Positions 39,117 to 49,398 of a stretch of 64,000 bases of DNA are shown in pieces. The notes beneath the pieces are model-generated. The model was not told where the DNA came from. It made no database searches and saw nothing but the letters and a program-made list of their open reading frames with translations. The position numbers and the translations under genes were made by a program. This DNA comes from an uncultured Gammaproteobacteria bacterium. Lineage in GTDB: Bacteria; Patescibacteriota; Microgenomatia; UBA8517. The first letter of the stretch is position 1. The number at the start of each line of letters is the position of its first letter. Where the stretch lies: NCBI GenBank assembly GCA_964617045.1, contig CAZTVZ010000002.1:12095-76094 (forward strand), written 5' to 3'.

Positions 39117-39955
39117 TGTCAAAAAAGATTTGGACGATATTATTATTTGCCATTTTGTTTTTTGCTTCTGCCTCAACAACAAAAGCACAAGTTCTTATCA
39201 ACGAATTTAGCTCTTATGATTCTCCCGGTGATTGGGTAGAACTATATGCAATCGAAACAACGGATATATCGGGATGGCATTTAAGAGACACTTCGGCAAC
39301 AAACGATAAAATAATCCCTGAAGGAACAATGTTAAATGCAGGAAGCTTTTATATTATCGAATACAGTAATTATCTGGATAAATCAGGTGATGTGATTTAC
39401 CTTAAAAAAGCCGACAACTCTACTGTTGTGGATTCCATTCCCTATGGAGATGAGGGTGGAGTATGTGCTCCGGGTTCGGGAGAATCTGTCGGAAGATATC
39501 CCGATGGGGGAAACACTATCGAAAGAATGAGTAGTCAAACCAAAGGAACTGCAAATTCATCAGTATTCAATGTATGTCCGACTCCAACCCCGACTCCCAC
39601 TCCGACTCCAACACCCACCCCAACCTCGACTTCAACTTCTACGCCAACAGCAGTAACAACAGTTTCTGCGACTAAAACGCCTTCTCCGACAAAAACTCCT
39701 ACTCCAACAAAAAAAATAAGTCCTACCGAAACAAAGGAACTGGACAATACAATTGCTGTTTTGAGAGATGTTAGTCCGACACCGACGGAAGATGAGGAGC
39801 CTGTTGTTTTGGGGGTAAGTAAAAGAAAAATTCCACCATCCGCATACGTTTTGATGGGTTTGGGAGGGTTAATGGTTCTTGGGGGAACTCTTGTGCTAAT
39901 CAAAAAAGTAAAGGAAAATAAATATAACGGAAATGAAAATTCTCACATTCTTTAA
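39116..39955 (+). CDS. lamin-tail-domain (LTD) surface protein with Pro-Thr repeat stalk and C-terminal TM anchor
   Basis: LTD pattern VLINEFSSYDSPGDWVELY...ISGWHL...YIIEY. (PT)n stalk. C-terminal hydrophobic helix. Confidence 0.7.
   Translation: MSKKIWTILLFAILFFASASTTKAQVLINEFSSYDSPGDWVELYAIETTDISGWHLRDTSATNDKIIPEGTMLNAGSFYIIEYSNYLDKSGDVIYLKKADNSTVVDSIPYGDEGGVCAPGSGESVGRYPDGGNTIERMSSQTKGTANSSVFNVCPTPTPTPTPTPTPTPTSTSTSTPTAVTTVSATKTPSPTKTPTPTKKISPTETKELDNTIAVLRDVSPTPTEDEEPVVLGVSKRKIPPSAYVLMGLGGLMVLGGTLVLIKKVKENKYNGNENSHIL
39578..39652 (+). repeat. Pro-Thr (PT)n coding microsatellite-like repeat within LTD gene
   Basis: Tandem CCGACTCCAACC-type units encoding PTPTPTPTPTPTPTST. Confidence 0.6.
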
Positions 39956-40349
39956 ATATTGGCTTCCTCCATTTTTATGGTCTTTATTGATTTTTAAATT
40001 CTCTTCAAGAATGCTACCTTCCACTTCCGATTTTTATTGGAACGATTTTATTGTCAAAAAGTCGGCACACATTGTGATGTATGCAACATATGCAATGCTA
40101 ATTTTTAGAGCATTCAAAGGGAGCGGCTTAGATAAAAAACGTTCAATTGTTTTGGCTTTTGTCATTTCTTTGGCATATGCATTTTCGGACGAATTCCATC
40201 AATCCTTTGTACCCGGAAGAACGGCGCGCATTTATGATTTGGTTTTTGATACAATTGGTGCGTCGGTTTCGCTTTTTACCATATGGAAATTATCACCAAA
40301 AACGCCGAGGATACTAAAGAACTTGGCAGAAAAATTGGATCTTCTATAA
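39933..40349 (+). CDS. VanZ-family membrane protein
   Basis: VanZ-like pattern (KSAHIVMYATYAMLIFRAF...FSDEFHQSFVPGR...DLVFDTIGA). Confidence 0.7.
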   Translation: MKILTFFKYWLPPFLWSLLIFKFSSRMLPSTSDFYWNDFIVKKSAHIVMYATYAMLIFRAFKGSGLDKKRSIVLAFVISLAYAFSDEFHQSFVPGRTARIYDLVFDTIGASVSLFTIWKLSPKTPRILKNLAEKLDLL

Positions 40350-40705
40350 AGGGGGGAGAAATATTCGCACTTTCCGGAAACTTGGGTGCCGGAAAAACTA
40401 CCTTCATGCAGGGATTTGCTGAAGGATTGGGATACTTGGGAAGGCTTACATCCCCAACTTTTATTTTAATGAGACAGTACTCCTTGCACGAAAAAACTCT
40501 TTTTCATTTGGATTTGTACCGTTTTGAGAAAAACATAAAAGACGAAATAGATAATCTTGGAGTGACCGATTTGTGGGGAAGAAAAGAAAACATTATGGTT
40601 ATCGAGTGGGCGGAGAAAATTAAAGAGTATTTACCAGAAAAGACAAAATGGATTAATTTTGAGATAATTGGTGACACGGAAAGGAAAATTACATATGAAG
40701 GGTAA
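40283..40705 (+). CDS. tsaE: tRNA t6A37 biosynthesis ATPase TsaE (YjeE)
   Basis: P-loop GNLGAGKTTFMQGFAEGLG and downstream SPTF, characteristic of TsaE. Confidence 0.85.
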   Translation: MEIITKNAEDTKELGRKIGSSIKGGEIFALSGNLGAGKTTFMQGFAEGLGYLGRLTSPTFILMRQYSLHEKTLFHLDLYRFEKNIKDEIDNLGVTDLWGRKENIMVIEWAEKIKEYLPEKTKWINFEIIGDTERKITYEG

Positions 40706-41684
40706 AATATTGGTTACCGGAGGTGCCGGGTACATTGGATCCTTTATGGTGAGGGCTTTGAAAAAAGCAGGTTTCACTCCGGTTATTGCCGACAATCTTT
40801 CTTCAGGTCATAAAGAAGCGGTTAAAGATTTTAAGTTTTATCAGATAGATATTGCGGAAGAACCAAATAAACTGGAGGAAATATTCAAAAAGGAAAAATT
40901 CCTAGGTGTTGTGAATATGGCGAGTTATATACAAATGGGTGAATCTTTCAGAAACCCGGCAAAATATTTCGATAATAACTTGAGAATTGCAATTAATGTA
41001 TTAAATATGATGGCCAAATATAATGTGCCTTATTTTATTTTTTCTTCTTCGGCTGGAGTGTATGGGAATCCAGAAAGGACACCTATTCGTGAAGACGACA
41101 GAAAAAATCCTCTTAATCCTTACGGAGAAACCAAATACCAGATTGAACGAATGCTTCAATGGTATGACACTGCATACGGTATGAAATTTGTTGCTTTAAG
41201 GTATTTTAATGCCGCAGGGGGAGCCATGGACGGATCCATTGGAGAAGACCATCCTGACGAAAGCCATTTGATACCTATTGCCTTGAAGTGTGCAATGGAA
41301 GACAGAGAATTTACCATTTTCGGTAAAGATTATAAAACCAAAGATGGGACATGCGAAAGAGATTATGTTCATGTACTGGATTTGTCAGAAGCACATGTTC
41401 TTGCACTCAAGTATTTGATTAAAGGAGGAAAAAGCGAATACGTGAATTGTGCCGTAGGTAAAGGATATTCCAACAACCAGATTGTAAAAGAAATCGAAAA
41501 AGTATTGGGTAAAAAGATGGCCGTAAAATACGGAGAAAGAAGAGCCGGAGATGCGGATAAACTATATGCTGCAAACTCAAAGATCAAAAAAATACTCGGA
41601 TGGAAACCCAAGTATGGACTCAATGAAATAATTTCTAGTGCCCACAAATGGCACAGCATGCATCCCAAAGGATATTTAAAATGA
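40695..41684 (+). CDS. galE: UDP-glucose 4-epimerase
   Basis: Rossmann TGGAGYIGS, catalytic YGETKYQIE (YxxxK), SDR extended family. ORF-track start 40668. Confidence 0.85.
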   Translation: MKGKILVTGGAGYIGSFMVRALKKAGFTPVIADNLSSGHKEAVKDFKFYQIDIAEEPNKLEEIFKKEKFLGVVNMASYIQMGESFRNPAKYFDNNLRIAINVLNMMAKYNVPYFIFSSSAGVYGNPERTPIREDDRKNPLNPYGETKYQIERMLQWYDTAYGMKFVALRYFNAAGGAMDGSIGEDHPDESHLIPIALKCAMEDREFTIFGKDYKTKDGTCERDYVHVLDLSEAHVLALKYLIKGGKSEYVNCAVGKGYSNNQIVKEIEKVLGKKMAVKYGERRAGDADKLYAANSKIKKILGWKPKYGLNEIISSAHKWHSMHPKGYLK

Positions 41685-41980
41685 AACTCTATATAGATAC
41701 TTCAAACAGGGAAAATACGGTTGTTGAGATAGACGGAGAAAGAACCGAATCGGGTGGGGGGAATAAATCGCAAAGACTCCTGTCTTTGATAAAAGAAGCA
41801 ATGGATAAAAAACAAATTGATTTTTCCGATTTTTCCGAGATTGAAGTAAATACAGGACCTGGTTCTTTTACGGGTTTAAAAGTGGGTGTTGCGGTTGCTC
41901 AAACACTTGGATGGGCATTGGGAATTCCTGTTAACGGAAAAGATCTGAGGAAGGGCGGATCAATAGACATAAATTATTAA
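41681..41980 (+). CDS. tsaB: minimal TsaB (YeaZ) N-terminal-domain-only protein (about 99 aa)
   Basis: MKLYIDTS...VVEIDGE...GPGSFTGLKVGVAVAQTLGWALGIPV matches the TsaB N-terminal ASKHA half; C-terminal half absent. ATGA overlap with galE. Confidence 0.6.
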   Translation: MKLYIDTSNRENTVVEIDGERTESGGGNKSQRLLSLIKEAMDKKQIDFSDFSEIEVNTGPGSFTGLKVGVAVAQTLGWALGIPVNGKDLRKGGSIDINY

Positions 41981-42675
41981 TGGGTTTTTGGGATTCCCGG
42001 ACTCTTGTGCCCTCTATTACTTCCTGGAATGTTGATTGGAGAAAATGGGTAAAGGATGCAGACGAACTTGGTATTAAATCATTGGCAATCTTTCTTACCG
42101 GGATAGACAAATCGGAAAGACCCGAGCTTTATAAACTTCTTGATGAGAGCAATGTAGAAAATATTCCTTTTGTTCACCTCAAAAGCGACATGGATTTGTG
42201 GGAGTTGGATTACTTTGTGGAAAAGTGGGGAACCAAGGCTTTCAATATTCACACTGAGAAAGAATATAGACAGGAAAACGATATATCCAAATACAAGAAT
42301 ATAATCTATGTCGAAAATGTTCATTTGAAACTTGACGAAGAAGAGGTGAAAAGATGGGGAGGCTTGTGTATAGATGTAAATCATATCGAAGAAGCAAAAT
42401 ACATCTATAAAGATATCCATGAACATAACCTTGAGGTAATGAAGAAATACAAAGTCGGTTGTAATCATTTATCACCCCTCAAGGCTGATATTGCTACCGA
42501 TCTGGAATTCAAAAATACTCACCTTGTCGAAAACCTGTCGGAATTTGATTATCTGGACAATTATGAATCGAGATTCTTCGGGCCAATAATGGCTTTGGAG
42601 GTACGCAACCCCTTGAAGGAACAATTACCCATGTTGAAATACGTAGTAGAATTACTTGATGGCAAAGAAAAGTAA
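41980..42675 (+). CDS. hypothetical protein (231 aa)
   Basis: ORF with ATGA-type overlaps to neighbours; no recognisable motif. Confidence 0.4.
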   Translation: MGFWDSRTLVPSITSWNVDWRKWVKDADELGIKSLAIFLTGIDKSERPELYKLLDESNVENIPFVHLKSDMDLWELDYFVEKWGTKAFNIHTEKEYRQENDISKYKNIIYVENVHLKLDEEEVKRWGGLCIDVNHIEEAKYIYKDIHEHNLEVMKKYKVGCNHLSPLKADIATDLEFKNTHLVENLSEFDYLDNYESRFFGPIMALEVRNPLKEQLPMLKYVVELLDGKEK

Positions 42676-43270
42676 AATCAACTGGACCAAAACACTTGGC
42701 CTTATCGGAGACATTCTCATATTAATCGGACTTGTTGCCATAGTCCTTACCTTCAGGGAAGCCGCACAAAAAGAAGTAAGCTATACGGTTCGAAAAACAT
42801 TCAATATTCCTTATAAGGAAAAAGATCTAACTCCGGGGAATAAAGACTTTTGGATTGTAATTCCCAAAATTGGTGCTTCATCAAGGGTAATTGCCGACGT
42901 TAGTCCTTCAAACGAGGAAGAATATTTGAGTGCCCTAAGAAGGGGAGTTGCTCACGCTAAAGGTTCGACTTATCCGGGAGATTTTGGTAATACATATATC
43001 TTTGCCCACTCAACGGATACTTTTTATAATGTAGGACAATACAATGCTGTTTTCTTTTTACTCGGCAAGTTGAATAAAGGAGACAATATAGAAATTTACT
43101 ATAAGGAGAAGAAATATGATTATATTGTTAATGAAGTTAAGGTTGTTGACGCTGCCGATGTTAAATACCTCGGCAAGCTTGGAGAATGGAATACTTTAAC
43201 CTTGCAAACATGTTATCCTCCGGGAACCACATTAAAACGTCTTGTAGTAGTTGCTGATCAAAAGATTTGA
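42656..43270 (+). CDS. sortase (transpeptidase)
   Basis: N-terminal TM. Catalytic His region YIFAHST and TLxTC motif LTLQTCYP. Confidence 0.8.
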   Translation: MMAKKSKINWTKTLGLIGDILILIGLVAIVLTFREAAQKEVSYTVRKTFNIPYKEKDLTPGNKDFWIVIPKIGASSRVIADVSPSNEEEYLSALRRGVAHAKGSTYPGDFGNTYIFAHSTDTFYNVGQYNAVFFLLGKLNKGDNIEIYYKEKKYDYIVNEVKVVDAADVKYLGKLGEWNTLTLQTCYPPGTTLKRLVVVADQKI

Positions 43271-43316
43271 CAACACCTATAACCGGGTGTATAACATCAA
43301 AGTACCTAAAGAAAAG

Positions 43317-46300
43317 ATGAGTCGAAATAAAGCAAACAGACTGTTCTCATTCCTCGCCCTCTTTTCTATTGTCTTCAACAATATCCTCACACCACTTTCA
43401 GTTTATGCAGAAGATGTTCAAGAAAATCCACAACAACAAGAAGATGTTCTTGTTGAACCAGCTCCTTCAACCGAAGAAACACAAGATCAAGTTGAGATAA
43501 CTCCAACCGAAACAATTATTCCGACGCCAACTGTTGAAGAATCGATTATTACTACACCAGAAGCAACTCCGGAAGTAAGTGGGGAAACAAACGAAGCAGC
43601 ACAACCGCAAGCTCCTCCTGTAACGGATACTCCTACCCCTACTCCTTCAGTTGAGATAGTAGCTCCACAAGGTGACGAAAAATTGCAGGTAAATATTGTT
43701 GAAGATGTTCAAGCTGTATCAATCGATTTTATGGATATTCAATACAATCCGGACGGAACAGCCTCAATTAAAACAGATAAATTGGATTATGCACCAACAG
43801 ATGTTGTTGTAATAACAGGTACCGGATTCGATGTTTTAACGGAATATGACCTTCTTATTACGGGTACTAATGATTTTAATTACACCACCAAAGTAACAGC
43901 AAGTGATAAAGGAGAAATTCTTTATTCCTATCAATTAGATGGAACTTATCGACCTGAATATAAAGTTGAAATTAAATCAGGAGATGTGGTTATTGCGGAA
44001 GCAACATTTACTGATGCTGATACAAGTTTGAATACACCTGATGATGTCGATGGGAATATCTCTATTTCAGGAGGTGACCATAATTGGTCTAACTCTTCAG
44101 ACGCACGAACATCAAACAATGATAGAGCGTACGTACTGATAACCAGTTCAAGTAACATATCAAATTACTTAAGAGCCACAGATTTTGATTTTTCGATACC
44201 GAATGATGCTTTGATCAACGGAATAACTGTTGTTATTGAAAGAAGTGAAGGTGGGCAAAATCCATCAAAAATTAGGGATTACTCGGTTCGTCTTGTGAAA
44301 AATGATAATGTTGTTGGGGACAACAAGGCAAAAACCGGTATTGATTGGCCGCTTAGCGATGGTACTGAAAACTACGGTGGTGTGGGTGATTTGTGGGGTG
44401 AATCATGGACTGCGAACGAAATTAACAGTAACAAATTTGGTGTCGCACTTTCAGTGGGAAGAAACAGTGGTGGTGATGAATACGCCAGGGTAGATGCAAT
44501 TTCAATATCAGTGAATTATTCTTTGTCCAGCGAACAAAAGGAATACTGGTGTCATTGTGCTGCAAGTGGTGTTTGCAATACCCTTCATCTTCCGATGTCG
44601 GCGTTAATAAGTGCTGGTCATGTAGATGCCAATGGAAATCCTCTTCACGCTGGCGATTATGCTGGACAATGTATTCAAAAAGGTACGATTGTTGTAAAGA
44701 AGGTAACTAATCCTAACACCGATACCACAACGATGTTCAGTTTTAGTGGTAACGCTGGCGGAATGATGGGTAATGGTGAACAGATCAATTGGGGACAACA
44801 AAATCCCGGAAGTTATACCATGACGGAAGATGATCCTTCTGCTTTGGGTTACGAACTTGAATCAATTTCTTGTAATGATGGGGCTTCGCAAACACCATCT
44901 ACATGGGATTTAAATAGTAGAACGGTTTATCTTAACCTCGATTCTGGAGAGAATCTTGAATGTACGTTTACAAACAAAAAATTACCTGTGACCTTTTCGA
45001 TTAACAAATACATTGATCAGGATGGTGATTTGGAAAATACGACAGGAGACAGATCCGATGGTGTGGGATGGACTTTCCAAATATACAAAGAAGGAGCAGC
45101 TCCTCAATTGATGGCAACCGGAACAACCGATTCTACTGGAAATATATCTATGCCTCCCTTCTATCCCGAATCAGGGAAAACATATAGAGTTGTTGAGCAA
45201 TCTCAATCCGGATATTCATTTGTATCCGCCAAGTGTGGTATAGCTGCTACACCAAGGGGGCAAATTGGAACGGACTCGGTTGACTCAATCTCTGTAAATC
45301 CTGGAGAGAACATTGTTTGCGATTTTTACAACAAACCTGCAACGGGAGTTTTGAAAATCACGAAAGATTCAAGGCCGAACGATACACAAGACTTTTTGTT
45401 CACAATTAGGGATTCTCAAGGAAATATTGTGGGAAATGCGGAATTGGATGATTGGTCAGGATCAAGTAGGCCTGACAACAAATCATTTACGCTTAATGCA
45501 GGAACATATTACATAACGGAAACGGTTGAAGGTGGTTCTCCCGATTGGAAACTGACCGATGCCGTATGTACTACAGACACAGGATCTTTGGGTAATTATG
45601 GTTTTACTCCAGACGGAAGGTTTAGTGCAGAAGTTCTTCCGGGACAAAACATGAATTGTACTTTTATTAACACCAAGTATGGTGGGGTATACGGCGAGAA
45701 ATTTAACGATAAAAACGGAAACAATATCGATGATTCTGGAGAAGAAGATTTGAGAGGATGGAGAATATATGTTGATCTTAATGAAAACGGTAAATACGAT
45801 TCTGGTGAACCGACCGATGTAACAGATAGTGGTGGGGACTATTCAATCGGTGGACTTCTTCCTGGAGAATACAGTATTTGTGAAGTTCAACAAAGTGGAT
45901 GGTATAGTTCACTTCCCAATAACGCTCTTTGTCAAAAAACGACCATTCATTCCGACGGAGGAGATTGGGATGAGGTCAGCTTTGGAAACCACGGTATTGT
46001 AACAATTAAAGCTTACAAGATTGTGTGTCCGATGGAAGCATTTCTTCCGAATTGGGGTTATGGACCGTATGGATCTATCGACGGTGGAACAGCCGATTGG
46101 TTTCTCTCTCATCACACCGGTTGTTATTACCAAGACAATTGGGAATTCCAGTGGGGATACGGCGGAAGAGGTGGAGTATCGTCAGTGCCGGGTGACTATA
46201 TTGGATACGCTCCAAAAACGGGAGATGATTATGATGAATGGAAGAATTTTAATACCGCAACAAACAACCACTATGGAAGCCAATATTCAGCCAAAGCATA

Positions 46301-47483
46301 TATTAGTGATCTTAAAGGATCCTCCAGTCTTTGGGTGAGAGAAGTTCTTCCTTCAGACGAATGGTTGCCTTTCAGCGATGATACAACCTGGCCGAGAGAC
46401 AATGATGTAAGTGCGGAGATGTATTGTTCCGGAGATATCCTGAATTACGATAACTATGATGAGATTAACAACCCTCTTTATGGGGAATCCTATTACTGTA
46501 TCGCTTTCAATACCTTAAACAAAGGAAAGATTACCGGAGTGAAATGGGAAGATGTTGACGGAGATATGCATTATGAACGAGGAGAAAATACGATAGCGGG
46601 CTGGAATATTACCGCCACAGATTCTCAAGGTCATTCGTATTCAGCAAGCACCAATGCAAGCGGTGAGTACGAATTTGACAACTTGATGCCCGGCGAATAC
46701 ACGATATGTGAAGAAAATCAAAGAGGTTATATTCAAACATATCCTTCGGAACAGTCTTGCCATACAGTAACTGTAATAGGGGGAAGAACTGAAAGCGGTA
46801 ATAATTTTGGAAATATGCCGGTTGATTTGAATCTTGCGATCGAGAAGACAAATATTCTCAATACCTCCAATGCTACCGTCGATTATACAATCAAGGTAAC
46901 AAACACCGGGAACATGAACTTTAACTCTTATGAAATCCATGATGCTCTCCCCGGAGGGTTTACTTATCTTGCAGGGAGTTCGTATTTGAATGACAACCCG
47001 ATAGACGATCCGGTATTCAATAGCGGTGAAGCAATGTGGTCAATTGAGGAAGGTTTAGAAATTGGAGAAACAGCTATCCTTACATATAGAGCAACTTTTG
47101 ATTCGGGTCTTCCTGCAGGATTCTATACCAACTTTGCCTATGCGGTTGGAGTATTCTACTACCCTTGGGATAATCCGGAACCTTCAGTATTTGAAAGGGC
47201 AATGATTGTTGATGACTCTGACGATTATACCCACGAAGAGCCGATTATCATTCGGGTATCGGATACCGCGACAACCGAAATTGTTGATTCTCAAGTCGAA
47301 CTTCTTTCATCTGTAAGCTATGGAGGAAAATTGACAGGACAAGTATTGGGAGCATCAACGGACGTCCTTCCCGCGACAGGATCGGAAACTTGGGTTATAA
47401 TGCTCGCAACCGCTTTTGTGGTAGTAGGATTTGTAACAAAAGGAGCAGCAATAATGATAGAGAGGAAAAGAAAAAATGAATAA
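43317..47483 (+). CDS. giant LPxTG-anchored surface protein (about 1389 aa) with SdrD-B/CnaB-like and DUF11-like repeats
   Basis: Signal peptide. Acidic Pro/Thr-rich region. Ca-binding-like DxNxDxSGE repeats. DUF11-like module. C-terminal sorting signal LPATG + hydrophobic helix + KRKKNE. ORF-track start 43251 (TTG) overlaps the sortase. Confidence 0.85.
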   Translation: MSRNKANRLFSFLALFSIVFNNILTPLSVYAEDVQENPQQQEDVLVEPAPSTEETQDQVEITPTETIIPTPTVEESIITTPEATPEVSGETNEAAQPQAPPVTDTPTPTPSVEIVAPQGDEKLQVNIVEDVQAVSIDFMDIQYNPDGTASIKTDKLDYAPTDVVVITGTGFDVLTEYDLLITGTNDFNYTTKVTASDKGEILYSYQLDGTYRPEYKVEIKSGDVVIAEATFTDADTSLNTPDDVDGNISISGGDHNWSNSSDARTSNNDRAYVLITSSSNISNYLRATDFDFSIPNDALINGITVVIERSEGGQNPSKIRDYSVRLVKNDNVVGDNKAKTGIDWPLSDGTENYGGVGDLWGESWTANEINSNKFGVALSVGRNSGGDEYARVDAISISVNYSLSSEQKEYWCHCAASGVCNTLHLPMSALISAGHVDANGNPLHAGDYAGQCIQKGTIVVKKVTNPNTDTTTMFSFSGNAGGMMGNGEQINWGQQNPGSYTMTEDDPSALGYELESISCNDGASQTPSTWDLNSRTVYLNLDSGENLECTFTNKKLPVTFSINKYIDQDGDLENTTGDRSDGVGWTFQIYKEGAAPQLMATGTTDSTGNISMPPFYPESGKTYRVVEQSQSGYSFVSAKCGIAATPRGQIGTDSVDSISVNPGENIVCDFYNKPATGVLKITKDSRPNDTQDFLFTIRDSQGNIVGNAELDDWSGSSRPDNKSFTLNAGTYYITETVEGGSPDWKLTDAVCTTDTGSLGNYGFTPDGRFSAEVLPGQNMNCTFINTKYGGVYGEKFNDKNGNNIDDSGEEDLRGWRIYVDLNENGKYDSGEPTDVTDSGGDYSIGGLLPGEYSICEVQQSGWYSSLPNNALCQKTTIHSDGGDWDEVSFGNHGIVTIKAYKIVCPMEAFLPNWGYGPYGSIDGGTADWFLSHHTGCYYQDNWEFQWGYGGRGGVSSVPGDYIGYAPKTGDDYDEWKNFNTATNNHYGSQYSAKAYISDLKGSSSLWVREVLPSDEWLPFSDDTTWPRDNDVSAEMYCSGDILNYDNYDEINNPLYGESYYCIAFNTLNKGKITGVKWEDVDGDMHYERGENTIAGWNITATDSQGHSYSASTNASGEYEFDNLMPGEYTICEENQRGYIQTYPSEQSCHTVTVIGGRTESGNNFGNMPVDLNLAIEKTNILNTSNATVDYTIKVTNTGNMNFNSYEIHDALPGGFTYLAGSSYLNDNPIDDPVFNSGEAMWSIEEGLEIGETAILTYRATFDSGLPAGFYTNFAYAVGVFYYPWDNPEPSVFERAMIVDDSDDYTHEEPIIIRVSDTATTEIVDSQVELLSSVSYGGKLTGQVLGASTDVLPATGSETWVIMLATAFVVVGFVTKGAAIMIERKRKNE

Positions 47484-48405
47484 ATTAATCACCGGATTTT
47501 TGTTGTCTTTGATAGGGCTATTTTTTGCGGGATCTGCTTATGCACAAATGTCTCCAAAGGTTGCAATAACTCAACTTCCCGAATATACCAAAACAAATTC
47601 ATTGAAATTGCAGTATTCGGCTATTTCATCTAATCCTGCGGACATAACGGCGCAGTTCTACTACAGGAAAGATGGTAATTCATATGTACCTTTTGGAGGA
47701 GTGTTCACTGGTTCCAATGGGGTAATTCAAACAACCGATATGCAAATTAACGATCAAGCAAAATATTATTTCAAGGTAGTTTTGAATTCCGGGCAAGAGT
47801 CCGAAACATGGACAACTTACGATGTATCTGCACCCGGAGAACCAGGCGGATTTTCCAAAGAAAGACTTGGACCGACAACATACAGAATTAAATGGCACAC
47901 ACCAAACAGCGACGATTTTTCCCAGGTTATTATCTATCGGGGAGAAAAGATTGATATTGAAGCCAACAGTGGAGCCGAAGTTGCCAGGGTCGGAGGAACA
48001 AAAGACACCGATTATGAATGGGTAGACAACGGAGTTGATCCGACAAAAGATTATTACTACGTTGTTAGAGCAGTAGACAAAGCGGGCAATACATCTTCTT
48101 TGATTGGAGATGCTGAACTCGCGGCAGTGCTAGGAATATCCACCACCGGAACAATTTCACAGTCTTCAGGAAGTGTTCCCGAAGGATCGGTTGTAACATT
48201 GCCGAAAGAAGAACCGGAAGGACAAGTATTGGAAGAATCGACAGAGGTGGTTGAAGAAGAAATAATAAATATGGACAAAGAACTCGAGAACGGTATTGCC
48301 AAGACGGTTGTTAAAAGAATTACATCCAGCTGGATTCTTACGGCAGCAATCGTAGTCGCGTTTGTAGCAGGATTTACTTCCTACTTTATCTCCAAAAGAA
48401 AATAA
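47476..48405 (+). CDS. FN3-like domain membrane protein (signal peptide + C-terminal TM)
   Basis: Signal peptide, FN3-like module (YRIKWHTPNSDDFSQVIIYRG), C-terminal TM. Confidence 0.5.
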   Translation: MNKLITGFLLSLIGLFFAGSAYAQMSPKVAITQLPEYTKTNSLKLQYSAISSNPADITAQFYYRKDGNSYVPFGGVFTGSNGVIQTTDMQINDQAKYYFKVVLNSGQESETWTTYDVSAPGEPGGFSKERLGPTTYRIKWHTPNSDDFSQVIIYRGEKIDIEANSGAEVARVGGTKDTDYEWVDNGVDPTKDYYYVVRAVDKAGNTSSLIGDAELAAVLGISTTGTISQSSGSVPEGSVVTLPKEEPEGQVLEESTEVVEEEIINMDKELENGIAKTVVKRITSSWILTAAIVVAFVAGFTSYFISKRK

Positions 48406-48447
48406 AGCTTACTTGATAAAAATAGCCTCGCGGATTAAGATTAAGTA

Positions 48448-49398
48448 ATGAAATTTGCCCATAAAATTGCCCATCTTTTTTGGCCGAGAGAATCAAACAA
48501 TCACAAAGCCAAGTTGCTTCATAATTCTAGCCTTGCTGTTATTGCAGTATGTTTAATAATATTTCAGGGAATACTTACTTATCTTCCACGTATCGCCCCC
48601 GATGTTCTTGGATATGCATCAAATATCTCACCAGAAGAAGTAATAAGGCTTACCAATGAAAAAAGAGCTCAGAATGGACTTTCTCCGTTGACTGCCAATG
48701 CGACATTGTCACAGGCGGCTCAGGCAAAAGGATTGCATATGTTGGAACACGATTATTGGGCCCATTTTTCTCCTGATGGCGTAAGCCCTTGGACATTTTT
48801 TGCCAATTTTGGTTACAGCTATAAATATGCCGGAGAAAATCTTGCTCGTGATTTCCGGGATCCTTCCTCCGCTGTAGAAGCTTGGATGAATTCGCAAGCC
48901 CACAAAGACAATATGCTTTCTCCAAAGTATAAAGAAATAGGTATAGCGGTTGTGGAAGGTGACTTGGCCGGAGTCGATACTACTATAATAGTACAGTTTT
49001 TCGGAACTCAGGCTGCCGACACAATTCCCGTTCAGCCTATTGCCCAAATCACACCGGTGGTCACGGTAGCTCCCGAGATATCACCTATAATTAGTGTGGA
49101 AACACCGACACCCACTCAAGCTGAAGCACCGACGTTAACTGTTACACCCACACCTTCATTTATCGAGATATCCCCGTCTCCTCAGGTGCAGGCAAAAGTC
49201 TTGGTATCACCGTTTAATGCATCAAAAACTTTATCCATTGCTATTGTGGCAATATTATTGGGCGTTCTCGTTATTGACGGTGTCGTGACTTCAAGAAAAA
49301 GAATTGCCAGAATTGGAGGAAGAACTTTTGCACATGTATCTTTCCTGGGAATGATTTTGGTGATAATAATTATACTTAGAGCGGGGAGGGTAATATGA
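48448..49398 (+). CDS. CAP/SCP/PR1-like domain protein (YkwD-like) with C-terminal TM
   Basis: CAP motifs (NEKRAQNGLSPL, HDYWAHFSP, GENLAR, HKDNMLSPKYKEIGIA). Confidence 0.75.
   Translation: MKFAHKIAHLFWPRESNNHKAKLLHNSSLAVIAVCLIIFQGILTYLPRIAPDVLGYASNISPEEVIRLTNEKRAQNGLSPLTANATLSQAAQAKGLHMLEHDYWAHFSPDGVSPWTFFANFGYSYKYAGENLARDFRDPSSAVEAWMNSQAHKDNMLSPKYKEIGIAVVEGDLAGVDTTIIVQFFGTQAADTIPVQPIAQITPVVTVAPEISPIISVETPTPTQAEAPTLTVTPTPSFIEISPSPQVQAKVLVSPFNASKTLSIAIVAILLGVLVIDGVVTSRKRIARIGGRTFAHVSFLGMILVIIIILRAGRVI

Noticed and set aside
39535-39903. 122-aa antisense ORF with (GV)n repeat
   Set aside because: Mirror-strand artefact of the (PT)n coding repeat in the LTD gene.
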